Assembly (NCBI GenBank): GCA_934646115.1
Contig: CAKUEM010000003.1
Location: forward strand, 80 to 64,079
Direction: 5' to 3'
DNA length: 64,000 nucleotides
Source: an uncultured Oscillospiraceae bacterium
GTDB taxonomy: Bacteria; Bacillota; Clostridia; Oscillospirales; JAAYXM01
Shown: positions 8,660 through 17,775 of the stretch, piece by piece
How the letters are laid out: each line of letters begins with the position of its first letter
Position numbering within the stretch: position 1 is the stretch's first letter
Position numbers and translations under genes: made by a program
The notes under the pieces: model-generated
The model's input: only the letters and a program-made list of their open reading frames with translations
Told to the model about the DNA's origin: nothing
Database searches by the model: none

Positions 8660-10186
8660 ATGCTGCGCACACACGCGAAGAAGATTAAATTCAACTTAAT
8701 ATCCGCTGTGCTCTGCCAGGTGGTCACGATCGCGATCGGATTTATTTTGCCGCGACTGTACCTTGAGAATTTCGGCTCGACGGTCAATGGCGTGCTGTCT
8801 ACGATCAAGCAGATTTTTACGTATCTTTGTCTGCTTGAGGCGGGCATCGGGCTTGCAACCGCGCAGGCGCTGCTTAAACCGGTCGCGCAGAGTGATTATG
8901 CAAGCGTAAACGGAATTTTAAGCGCAACCAAGCGGCATTATGAAAAAACCGGCGTAATTTATGCGCTTTCCGTGCTTGCGATCGCGCTGTTTTACGGGTT
9001 TGCGGTTGATACCGGGCTTGCGCCGTATACAGTGATCGCGCTGGTGCTGCTCAACGGGATTCCTTCCTTGGTCACGTTTTTTGTGCAGGGGAAATATCAG
9101 ATCCTGATGGAAACAGACGGGCGGCAGTATGTGATCACCAATTCGCAGATCGCGCTTCAAATTGTAAGTGGTTTTGGCAAGATCGCAGTGCTGCTGCTGA
9201 CGGATAATTTAATTCTGGTGCAGGCGTCATATTGCCTGTTCGCGGTGTTGCAGCTTTTGTATCTCACGGTTTACGCGCGGCGAACATATCGCTGGCTGGA
9301 TCTTCGCGTTGCGCCGGATACCCGCGCGATCGCGCAGAAAAATTCTGTGCTTGTGCATCAGATCTCTTCAATGATTTTTAATAATACAGACATTTTGCTG
9401 CTTTCGTTTCTTTGCGATTTCCGCGTGGTCAGCGTGTATTATATCTATAATTTGTTTTTTTCGCAGGTCGAGCTGTTTGTGAGCGGGCTTGCCAAGGGGC
9501 TTCATTTCGCGCTGGGACAGCTGTTTTCGGTGGATCGCGCGCGCTTTCTTGAGAAATTTTCGGTATATGAGATGTGCTATATCGCGGTGAATTTTGCGAT
9601 ATATACGCTGATGTGCGTATTCTTGCTGCCGGTTATTCAAATTTATACGGGCGGGATCTCGGATGCGAATTATATTAACCCGCTGCTGCTGTTTTTGTTT
9701 GTACTCGCAAAGCTGTTTCATTGCGGCAAGCTGCCGGTCAACCAGGTGGTGGAATATTCCGGGCATTTTTCGAATACCGCGTGGCAGGCGGTTTCGGAAA
9801 TGGTGATCAACATTACGGTTTCTGTCGTTTGCATCCTGCGCTGGGGCATTTGCGGCGCATTGATCGGAACGATCGCGGCGCTTGTGTTCCGAGCAGTCGC
9901 GATTATCGACTTTTCCAACCGCAAGATCCTGCGCCGCAGTGTTTGGAATACATATGCGCTGTGGCTCATTAACGGCGCGGTGTTTACCGCGATCTTTCTG
10001 ATTTTCGGCACGACGTATTTTTGCGATTTGCGGTTTGGCGCGCTCCTTTGGCGCGGCGTGCTGCATGCGCTTTGGATCGTTCCGCTTTATTTGACGGCGA
10101 ATTTGGCGCTTCAGCCGAAGCGCGCGCGGCTGCTGCTGCAGATGTTGAAACGAAAGGAGAAGATACATGAGCCAGTGCATAAATAA
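8660..10186 (+). CDS. wzx: Polysaccharide flippase (Wzx, MOP superfamily)
   Basis: About 12-14 TM helices; N-terminus KFNLISAVLCQVVTIAIGFILPRLYLENFGSTVNG is typical of polysaccharide biosynthesis/export proteins. Confidence 0.75.
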   Translation: MLRTHAKKIKFNLISAVLCQVVTIAIGFILPRLYLENFGSTVNGVLSTIKQIFTYLCLLEAGIGLATAQALLKPVAQSDYASVNGILSATKRHYEKTGVIYALSVLAIALFYGFAVDTGLAPYTVIALVLLNGIPSLVTFFVQGKYQILMETDGRQYVITNSQIALQIVSGFGKIAVLLLTDNLILVQASYCLFAVLQLLYLTVYARRTYRWLDLRVAPDTRAIAQKNSVLVHQISSMIFNNTDILLLSFLCDFRVVSVYYIYNLFFSQVELFVSGLAKGLHFALGQLFSVDRARFLEKFSVYEMCYIAVNFAIYTLMCVFLLPVIQIYTGGISDANYINPLLLFLFVLAKLFHCGKLPVNQVVEYSGHFSNTAWQAVSEMVINITVSVVCILRWGICGALIGTIAALVFRAVAIIDFSNRKILRRSVWNTYALWLINGAVFTAIFLIFGTTYFCDLRFGALLWRGVLHALWIVPLYLTANLALQPKRARLLLQMLKRKEKIHEPVHK

Positions 10187-10697
10187 AGACCTGTATCGCT
10201 GGTATGGCGATGCGGGCGAGGATCTTCTGCATCGTTTATTTCGCCCGGGGGAACTGAAATTTTTACTTGCGCTTCGCAAGGCGCAGAAGAGCAAAAATCC
10301 GTTTGTGCAGCTGCGCCTTCGCCGCCTGTCTGCCAAGACCGGGATCCAGATCCGCCCGCGTACAAGCATTGGCGAGGGGCTTTATATCGGTCATACCGGG
10401 CGGCTGATCATTAATCCGGAGGCGAAGCTCGGGCGCAATGTCAACTTGGCGACCGGTGTAACGATCGGGCAGGAAAACCGTGGCGCGCGAAAAGGCAACC
10501 CCACGATTGGCGACGAGGTGTGGATCGGGACGAACGCGGTGATCGTTGGCAATATCACGATCGGAAATGACGTGCTGATCGCGCCGCTCTCTTTTGTTAA
10601 CTTTGACGTTCCGGATCATAGCATCGTGCTGGGAAATCCGGCGCGGATCATTCCACGCGCACATGCGACCGAGGGATATATTGAAAATAAGGTTTGA
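10167..10697 (+). CDS. Hexapeptide-repeat O-acetyltransferase (serine acetyltransferase-like)
   Basis: Left-handed beta-helix repeats (IGDEVWIGTNAVIVGNITIGNDVLIAPLS). Confidence 0.8.
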   Translation: MSQCINKDLYRWYGDAGEDLLHRLFRPGELKFLLALRKAQKSKNPFVQLRLRRLSAKTGIQIRPRTSIGEGLYIGHTGRLIINPEAKLGRNVNLATGVTIGQENRGARKGNPTIGDEVWIGTNAVIVGNITIGNDVLIAPLSFVNFDVPDHSIVLGNPARIIPRAHATEGYIENKV

Positions 10698-10702
10698 AGA
10701 AT

Positions 10703-11440
10703 ATGAGTATACCAAAAAAAATTCATTATTGCTGGTTTGGAAACGCACCGCTGCCCCGGTCGGCGGAGCGATGCATCGCCTCGTGGCGGAAGCATTGCCC
10801 GGAGTATGAGATCATCCGCTGGGACGAGAGTAATTTGGATTTGAAAGAAAATTTATATGCATCACAGGCGTATGAAGCGAAAAAATGGGCGTTTGTCAGC
10901 GATTATTTTCGCCTAAAGATCGTTTATGAGCAGGGCGGCGTGTATCTCGATACCGATGTAGAGCTGCTTTGCAGCTTAGATGCGCTGACTGAACAGTACG
11001 ACGGTTTTTTCGGCTATGAAAACGATACGATGATCGCAACCGGGCTGGGCTTTGGCGCGACGGCGGGGAATCGATTCGTGCAGGCGATGCTGGAAGCGTA
11101 TCGGGATATCCCGTTTACACTTGGCGAAAACCAATATGACGAAACGCCGTGCCCGCGGCGCAATACCGACGCGCTCCTGCGCCTGGGGCTTGACCCGGCG
11201 ATCAAAAATCAGGTGATCGACCGCGTGTGTTTTTTAGAGGAGAACGTGCTTTGCCCGCTCAGCTTCTTCACCGGGAAGAAGAATATTACAGAAAAAACGA
11301 TTTCCATCCATCATTATAACTCCTCGTGGTGCAGTGATGTGACGCGGCGCACGAAGCGCCTGAAACGCTTGATCGGCGTGAAAAACTATGACTTTCTTTA
11401 TGGAAAGTTCTTGCATAAATCGAAAAGGTGGGAATGGTAG
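10703..11440 (+). CDS. Glycosyltransferase (GT32-like, DXD sugar-binding region)
   Basis: IPKKIHYCWFG ... SDYFRLKIVYEQGGVYLDTDVE. The ATG at 10703 is preferred over the TTG at 10694. Confidence 0.75.
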   Translation: MSIPKKIHYCWFGNAPLPRSAERCIASWRKHCPEYEIIRWDESNLDLKENLYASQAYEAKKWAFVSDYFRLKIVYEQGGVYLDTDVELLCSLDALTEQYDGFFGYENDTMIATGLGFGATAGNRFVQAMLEAYRDIPFTLGENQYDETPCPRRNTDALLRLGLDPAIKNQVIDRVCFLEENVLCPLSFFTGKKNITEKTISIHHYNSSWCSDVTRRTKRLKRLIGVKNYDFLYGKFLHKSKRWEW

Positions 11441-12120
11441 TGCCTTATTTGGAGTATGAATTGGTGGATCGGCGGACCGCCAAGCGCATGGAGGGAATAT
11501 TAGAGAAGTCTTACGCCACCTATTGGAAGAAAAAACGGATATTCGACGTGATCGTTACCGGGCTTATGCTGATCGTTTTGATCCTCCCGATGCTATTGAT
11601 CGGGCTGATCATCTGGATAGACGACCCGCACGGCAGCCCGATTTACCGGCAAGTGCGCGTGGGGCGGCACGGCGAGACGTTTTTTATGTATAAATTCCGC
11701 TCGATGTATGTGGATGCAGACGCGAGAAAAAACGAGCTGCTTGCGCACAATGAAATGGACGGTCCGGTATTTAAAATGAAAGACGATCCGCGTATCACGC
11801 GGGTGGGCAGTTGGATCCGCAAATGCTCGATCGATGAGCTGCCGCAGTTATTTAACGTTTTTGTTGGGAATATGAGTCTGGTCGGTCCGCGGCCGCCGCT
11901 TCCGGAGGAGGTGCTGGAATATACGGATTACGAAAAGCTTCGGCTTCTTGTGACGCCCGGTATTACCTGCACCTGGCAGATCGCGCCGCATCGAAACGAC
12001 ATTTCGTTTGAGAAATGGATCGAGATGGATCTTACATACATTGAAACGCGCACCACATGGCAGGATATTCAAATTATCTGTAAAACCCCGCTTGCCATGC
12101 TGAAGGCGACCGGCAGATAG
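11428..12120 (+). CDS. Undecaprenyl-phosphate sugar phosphotransferase (small bacterial sugar transferase, initiating enzyme)
   Basis: One N-terminal TM helix, then PIYRQVRVGRHGETFFMYKFRSM, DELPQLFNVFVGNMSLVGPRPP. Confidence 0.9.
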   Translation: MGMVVPYLEYELVDRRTAKRMEGILEKSYATYWKKKRIFDVIVTGLMLIVLILPMLLIGLIIWIDDPHGSPIYRQVRVGRHGETFFMYKFRSMYVDADARKNELLAHNEMDGPVFKMKDDPRITRVGSWIRKCSIDELPQLFNVFVGNMSLVGPRPPLPEEVLEYTDYEKLRLLVTPGITCTWQIAPHRNDISFEKWIEMDLTYIETRTTWQDIQIICKTPLAMLKATGR

Positions 12121-12128
12121 GAGATCAT

Positions 12129-13277
12129 ATGAATATTGCTATGCTTGGGCATAAGGCGATCCCATCCACGCGCGGCGGGATCGAGACTGTGCTGACAAAT
12201 TTATGCCCGCTTCTGGTGCAGCGCGGCGCAGCAGTGACCTGCTATAATCGTTCGGCAGATCAGGTCGCGCCGGAGTTTTTGCCAGAGATTCAGAACAAAA
12301 GATTTCGCGGTGTGCGGCTGAAAAAAGCGCGCACGCTGCCGATGCGGGGCGTATCCGCCATGCTTGCGTCTTTTACCGCGGCGATCGCGTGTGCATTTTC
12401 GCGCTATGACGTGGTGCATTTCCATGCGGAGGGTCCGTGCGCCGCGATGTTTTTGCCAAAGCTATTTGGGAAAAAATGCGTGGCGACTGTGCATGGGCTG
12501 GACTGGCAGCGTGAGAAATGGGGGCATGGTCTTGGCTCGAAATACATTCATTTTGGCGAAAAAATGCTGGCGCGGCATGCCGATGCGGTGATCGTGCTCA
12601 GCGAGAGCGCGCGCGAATATTTTGCGCAGACCTATCAGAGAGAAACGGTTGTGATCCCGAATGGGATCGCGCGCCCGACGCGCCTTGAGGCGGATCTGAT
12701 TCAAAAACGGTTTGGGTTGAGCCGCGAGTCATATTTATGCCTGGCGTCGCGCCTGACCGAGGAAAAGGGCGTGCATTATCTGATCGATGCGTTCCGCAGG
12801 ATCGATACGGAAAAGAAGCTTGTGATCTGCGGGGACAGCAGCGATACCGACGCGTACGTTGCGCGGCTTCGCGAGATGGCGCAGGGCGATCCGCGCATTC
12901 TATTCACCGGGTTTCTTTCCGGCGATGTACTTGCGGAAATATACAGCAATGCGTATCTGGTGTGTCTGCCCTCTAACATTGAAGGAATGTCGCTCAGCCT
13001 GCTCGAGGCGCTTGCGTATGGAAATGCGGTCGTCTGCTCGGATATTCCTGAAAATACGAGCGTGTGCGGCGAATATGCGCTGACGTTTCGGAAGGGCGAT
13101 GCAGACGATCTGCGCGATAAGCTGGAATATTTACTGCAACATGAGGAGATAAAAAACGCGTATCAAAGCCGCGCGGCGGATTATATTTGCGGACGCTTTT
13201 CCTGGGAGAGCACCGCAGACGCAACGCTGGCGCTTTATCAAACGCTGCTGCAAGGCGGAAAGGAGACGGGCCAATGA
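12129..13277 (+). CDS. Glycosyltransferase family 4 (WchF/RgpA-like N-terminus)
   Basis: MLGHKAIPSTRGGIETV N-terminus and a C-terminal EGMSLSLLEALAYG (E-x7-E) motif. Confidence 0.85.
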   Translation: MNIAMLGHKAIPSTRGGIETVLTNLCPLLVQRGAAVTCYNRSADQVAPEFLPEIQNKRFRGVRLKKARTLPMRGVSAMLASFTAAIACAFSRYDVVHFHAEGPCAAMFLPKLFGKKCVATVHGLDWQREKWGHGLGSKYIHFGEKMLARHADAVIVLSESAREYFAQTYQRETVVIPNGIARPTRLEADLIQKRFGLSRESYLCLASRLTEEKGVHYLIDAFRRIDTEKKLVICGDSSDTDAYVARLREMAQGDPRILFTGFLSGDVLAEIYSNAYLVCLPSNIEGMSLSLLEALAYGNAVVCSDIPENTSVCGEYALTFRKGDADDLRDKLEYLLQHEEIKNAYQSRAADYICGRFSWESTADATLALYQTLLQGGKETGQ

Positions 13278-14488
13278 CCGGAAATTATGATTCTATCTGG
13301 GAAAATATTTGCAAAGCGCTGGAAAAGGTGCTTCCGGCAGAGAGCTATGAGGTTTGGAAGCAGGCGTTTTCCCTGTTGAAGCACAAGGGGAGCAATTTCG
13401 TGTTTTTCTGCACCGATGAAGTGCGCGGTAAGACATTTTTAGAATGCTACCAGCGCGAGGTTTATGCGGCGGTTTGCACGGTCAGCGCGCAGCTTGCAAG
13501 CGTGAAATATCGTTTTGCGGCAGGAGACAAGAAAAAGCGCAAACGCGCGGCGGGTTATCGTCACGGAATAAAAAGCGTTGTGGCGTCGCTCATATGCTTG
13601 CTTTTCGCAACGATTTTTGCGATCGTCGGCATCAATTATGTTGCCAATTTGCATTTTAAAGAGAATTTTTATTCGGTTAGCGCAAATCGCGCCTATGATA
13701 ATTTCAGAATCGTTCAGATCTCTGATCTGCACAGCACATCATATGGCAAGAATAATGAGAAGCTGACCGAGCGGCTTGCTGCGCTGAAGCCGGACCTGAT
13801 CATGATGACCGGCGATTGCCTGGATATAAACGGCTCAGAGGACGAGATGATGGCGCTTTGCAAGACGCTTTCTGAGCTTGCGCCGACATATTATATTTAC
13901 GGCAACAACGAATGTCAGCGCGCGTTCGATTGCGATATGACGCTGGAGGTGCTGGATGAAAAGCTTGGCGTATCCAACGACAAGCGCGACCCGAAAAAGC
14001 TGTATGCCGCAGACAACGGGCTGCGGGCAAAGCTGGAATCTGCCGGCGTGCGTGTGTTGTTTAACGAATCGGATATGGTGGAAACCAAGAAAACGCGGGT
14101 GAAAATTTTTGGAACACTGACGTCGAACCCATCGGCGTTTTGGCCGTATGCGGGCGAGGCGTTCAACGAATTTTTAAACAGCGAGGAAGATGTGGTGAAA
14201 GTTTTTCTCTGCCACGAGCCGCTGCTTTTTGAAACGCTTTCGGAAAAGACATGGGGCGATCTTGCGCTGTGCGGTGATACGCATGGGGGCATAGTGCGGC
14301 TGCCGGGGACGGGCGCGGTGTATTCGCGCAATTTCGGGATGTTCCCGGAACGGAACAATCACTTGATTTACGGGAAATATCAGGTGGGCGAAACCGATGT
14401 GATCGTAAGCTCGGGGCTAACGAACCGCGGATGGATCCGCATTTCCAATCAGCCGGAGCTTGCTGTGATCGATGTGAATAAATATTAA
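13274..14488 (+). CDS. Membrane-anchored metallophosphoesterase with an N-terminal DnaA-domain-I-like module
   Basis: ATGA overlap with the upstream stop. Residues ~5-85 resemble DnaA N-terminal domain I. One TM helix (VVASLICLLFATIFAIVGI). MPE motifs QISDLH, TGDCLD, YGNNE, CHEP, GDTHGG. Confidence 0.7.
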   Translation: MTGNYDSIWENICKALEKVLPAESYEVWKQAFSLLKHKGSNFVFFCTDEVRGKTFLECYQREVYAAVCTVSAQLASVKYRFAAGDKKKRKRAAGYRHGIKSVVASLICLLFATIFAIVGINYVANLHFKENFYSVSANRAYDNFRIVQISDLHSTSYGKNNEKLTERLAALKPDLIMMTGDCLDINGSEDEMMALCKTLSELAPTYYIYGNNECQRAFDCDMTLEVLDEKLGVSNDKRDPKKLYAADNGLRAKLESAGVRVLFNESDMVETKKTRVKIFGTLTSNPSAFWPYAGEAFNEFLNSEEDVVKVFLCHEPLLFETLSEKTWGDLALCGDTHGGIVRLPGTGAVYSRNFGMFPERNNHLIYGKYQVGETDVIVSSGLTNRGWIRISNQPELAVIDVNKY

Positions 14489-14506
14489 CGAAGGGAGTGA
14501 CTGCCG

Positions 14507-15883
14507 GTGATGTTCAAACTTGTTCAGTTTGCCGTTTTTGCGGTGACAGCGTTTTGTTTGCTGTTTGCGGGGATTCGGCTTGCAAAGCTTGCGCGCAACC
14601 AGATAAAGAGCAAAACGAAGGCGCAGCTGCGCAGGGCAAAGCTTGTGCGCTTTGATGCGCTCGCGCTCGCGCTGGTATTTGCTTTTGTATATACTGTTTT
14701 CCTGTATTTTGAAACGGAAAAACAGTCGTCTGCGGTGATCAGCTTAAATTATGCGGAAGCCTCGCAGGGGCAGAATGTAAACGGGACCCGGTATAATATG
14801 GGCGAGATCATCTGCGACGAGGTGCTTGCGCGCACGATCGAAAAGGGCGGAATGACCGACATTTCGGTGGAGGATTTAAAACGCTGTGTGAGCGTGAGTC
14901 CTCTGATCCAGGGGAACGCTTATTCAAAAGACGCATATCATATTTCAACCGAGTTCGTTCTCTCGTATCAGGGGAGCGGGAAGCTTACAAAATACCCGTC
15001 GGATACCGTGGCGCAGCTGCTTTGCAACTCCTATCGTGATTATTACTTTGATCAATACGTCAATGATTTTGATATTTCGCTCGACGGCTATGACGAAATG
15101 CTCAAGCAGCTGGATTATATCGACGCGACAACGCTTTTAAGCAAAAAAGCAAACAAGATTTTTAATTACCTTTGCGGATTGCAAAGTAAAAACTCTTCGT
15201 TTGTTTCTTCAAATGGAACAACGTTTGCGTCGGTCAGCGCAAAGGTACATAACTTAAACGCCGCGCAAATCAACGAAACGTTGTTCTCATACGTGCTGCA
15301 AAACGGAATTTCCAAAAACACGCAGCAGCTTTTAAAACGCTATCAATATGCCAATGTGAGCGCGAGCTTTGATAAGCAGGAAATGGATCAGTCTTACAAG
15401 ACAACGAATAACGCCATTGCGAAATATGACAAGGACATGGCGCGCGTTGTGCTGGTGCCGACGTGGGACAACGACGGCAAGTATTATATGGGGCGCACGA
15501 AGGTCGGAATCGATACGCTCTCGGTGCAGTCGGTGGGGTTCAGCGAAAAGATCGCGGAAATCGAAAAAGGCATTCAGGATAACAGCTTAAAGCTTGCAAA
15601 ATTCGGCGCGGCGGTCAACAACACGCCTGCAAGCCGGGAATATGCCGACGGGCTGATCGAGAATGTTCAGAAGTCGCTGAAGACGCTGGCAGAAGAGGCG
15701 CGCGCGATCGGGCGCGAGTATTATTCCAATCAGATGAATCAGTGCATTTCGGCAACGGTTTATAAAGTCAGCCTGTCTTCGCAATACAAAACGATCCTCT
15801 TAGTTTTTGTATGCGCGTATCTTGCCATGCTGGCGCTGAAAACCGCAAATGAGATCGCCAGGGAAGGGAGAACAGGGGGTTAA
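14507..15883 (+). CDS. Polysaccharide co-polymerase-like membrane protein (two terminal TM helices, large external domain)
   Basis: TM at both ends. The post-TM segment SSAVISLNYAEASQGQ parallels ASAVINYSYDAAEQGK of the next gene. No confident family assignment. Confidence 0.5.
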   Translation: MMFKLVQFAVFAVTAFCLLFAGIRLAKLARNQIKSKTKAQLRRAKLVRFDALALALVFAFVYTVFLYFETEKQSSAVISLNYAEASQGQNVNGTRYNMGEIICDEVLARTIEKGGMTDISVEDLKRCVSVSPLIQGNAYSKDAYHISTEFVLSYQGSGKLTKYPSDTVAQLLCNSYRDYYFDQYVNDFDISLDGYDEMLKQLDYIDATTLLSKKANKIFNYLCGLQSKNSSFVSSNGTTFASVSAKVHNLNAAQINETLFSYVLQNGISKNTQQLLKRYQYANVSASFDKQEMDQSYKTTNNAIAKYDKDMARVVLVPTWDNDGKYYMGRTKVGIDTLSVQSVGFSEKIAEIEKGIQDNSLKLAKFGAAVNNTPASREYADGLIENVQKSLKTLAEEARAIGREYYSNQMNQCISATVYKVSLSSQYKTILLVFVCAYLAMLALKTANEIAREGRTGG

Positions 15884-15884
15884 T

Positions 15885-17759
15885 ATGGAAGAGAAAAAAA
15901 TATTTCAGACGCTAAAACGCCTGCTCCCGGGGATTATTGTGATCTCTCTGCTTGTTTCGCTGTTTATTCATTTTTCGCTCAAGAAAAACTGCACGTATAC
16001 AGCGTCTGCGGTGATCAATTACAGTTATGACGCGGCAGAGCAGGGCAAAACGCCGATCAATACGGATCTCGATGTCAATGAGATCAAGTCCTCCGCGATC
16101 ATCAGCAAGGTAATCGACCAGCTTTCACTGTCTGACCGATATTCGGTTGATAAGCTGATCTCGCGCATAACGATCACGGCATGTCCGGATGCAGACAAGG
16201 AAGAGCAAAAGGCGGCAAAGCTTAAAGAGGGCGAGGAATACGTGTATGTTCCAACGACCTATATCGTCGCCTTTACCGCAACCAACAGCGAGGGCGAGAG
16301 CTTTGCGCAGACCATGCTGGACGAGCTGCTCGACACCTATTTCTCCGTATTTGGCGAGAACTATATCAATGTCGATCACATCAGCAATAAAATTGAAAAA
16401 ATTTATGAAAATCAATATGATTATCTGGAAATGGTGGAGTATATCGACACCTGCATTGAGGAAACGATCACCGCGCTGTATCAGCGCAATGCGGCGTATC
16501 CGTATTACCGCTCCACACAGACCGGGACATCGTTTGACGACCTGGTCGATGAGTTTGATTTTATCCGTTCGGTCACGCTGCGCGATCTGTATGCAAAGAT
16601 CTATCAATATCAGATCACGAAAAGCCTGAGCCTGCTGAACGCGAACTACAACACGCGGATCGATAACGATGCAATCAAATCGACCAATGAGCTTGCGATG
16701 TTTGCAGATATCGAAGAAGTGGTCACGGCGTATGTAACAAAAATGCGCGAGTCGGGCAATACCGATATCAGCCACGAATATATCTTAAACGAGCTGCATA
16801 GCAAGGATCTGACGGACGGGGAAGGCAACGTGATCACAAAAAGCGACCAGACCGTAACGTATGACGAGCTGATCTATGCATGGCGCGACCATAATTTAAA
16901 CGATAAGCTCGCTGCGATCGATACCACCTATTGCCGCTACGTGATCCAGTCGTTTAACACCTGCACCGGCGCGTGCGGCGGGACGTGCAAAAATTCCGGA
17001 AAGACCTGCACGGCGGTATCGAACAAGAATTATGCATCGATCGTGAGCGAAACGGAAGAGCAGATCCGCAAAGTTGTGGATGACCTTTCGGCGCTGTACC
17101 AGAGAACGGTGCAGACCAACAGCGAATATAACGAATATTTGGGCTGTAAGAATATCGAAACGCTTTCCACGGCGTCTACAGCCGTGAGCACCAACGTGAC
17201 GTTATACAGCATCATTGCGTTTGTGTTTATCATGGTCGTATGCTGCGGCGGCGCGCTGCTTGTCGGCCGCTTTAACGACATTATTGTTGCGAATTTCTAT
17301 ACGGATGCAAAAACCGGCTTCTATAATCGCGCGTATTTCGACAAATATCTTAAGAAGCGCGGACGTAATATTTTAGATGACGGCACGGTTATGGCGTCTG
17401 TTTCGATCGCGAATCAGCGCCAGATCAACGAAAGCGCCGGGCGCGACGTAGGCGATGCGGTGATTCGCCTGTTCGCGGACGAATTGAAGCGCGCTTTTGT
17501 GCGGATGAAGCCAATGTGCGTGTATAATGAAAACTCGCATTTTGTACTCGTGCTGGAAAAGACGGATGCAATCACCGTGCAGGATGCGCTTGCGATGTTC
17601 GCGGTTGCCATCGATGGGCGCGAGAGCTGCGAGCAGGTTGAGATCGTGTATAAAATGGGCGTGGCAGAAACGTTCCGCGATCGCGTGAATTCGGCGCGCG
17701 TGCTGCTGGTCGAAGCGATCAAAAACGCCAAGGAATATCGCTCGGAGGCGAAAAAATAA
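15885..17759 (+). CDS. Wzz-like chain-length determinant fused to a degenerate (inactive) GGDEF domain
   Basis: N-terminal TM plus Wzz-like segment, second TM (LYSIIAFVFIMVVCCGGALLV), then DAKTGFYNRAYFDKYL ... GDAVIRLFADEL ... CVYNENSHFVLVL ... KMGVAE, which is a GGDEF fold with the GG(D/E)EF motif lost. Confidence 0.75.
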   Translation: MEEKKIFQTLKRLLPGIIVISLLVSLFIHFSLKKNCTYTASAVINYSYDAAEQGKTPINTDLDVNEIKSSAIISKVIDQLSLSDRYSVDKLISRITITACPDADKEEQKAAKLKEGEEYVYVPTTYIVAFTATNSEGESFAQTMLDELLDTYFSVFGENYINVDHISNKIEKIYENQYDYLEMVEYIDTCIEETITALYQRNAAYPYYRSTQTGTSFDDLVDEFDFIRSVTLRDLYAKIYQYQITKSLSLLNANYNTRIDNDAIKSTNELAMFADIEEVVTAYVTKMRESGNTDISHEYILNELHSKDLTDGEGNVITKSDQTVTYDELIYAWRDHNLNDKLAAIDTTYCRYVIQSFNTCTGACGGTCKNSGKTCTAVSNKNYASIVSETEEQIRKVVDDLSALYQRTVQTNSEYNEYLGCKNIETLSTASTAVSTNVTLYSIIAFVFIMVVCCGGALLVGRFNDIIVANFYTDAKTGFYNRAYFDKYLKKRGRNILDDGTVMASVSIANQRQINESAGRDVGDAVIRLFADELKRAFVRMKPMCVYNENSHFVLVLEKTDAITVQDALAMFAVAIDGRESCEQVEIVYKMGVAETFRDRVNSARVLLVEAIKNAKEYRSEAKK

Positions 17760-17775
17760 GCGAGGAGGTGACGGT

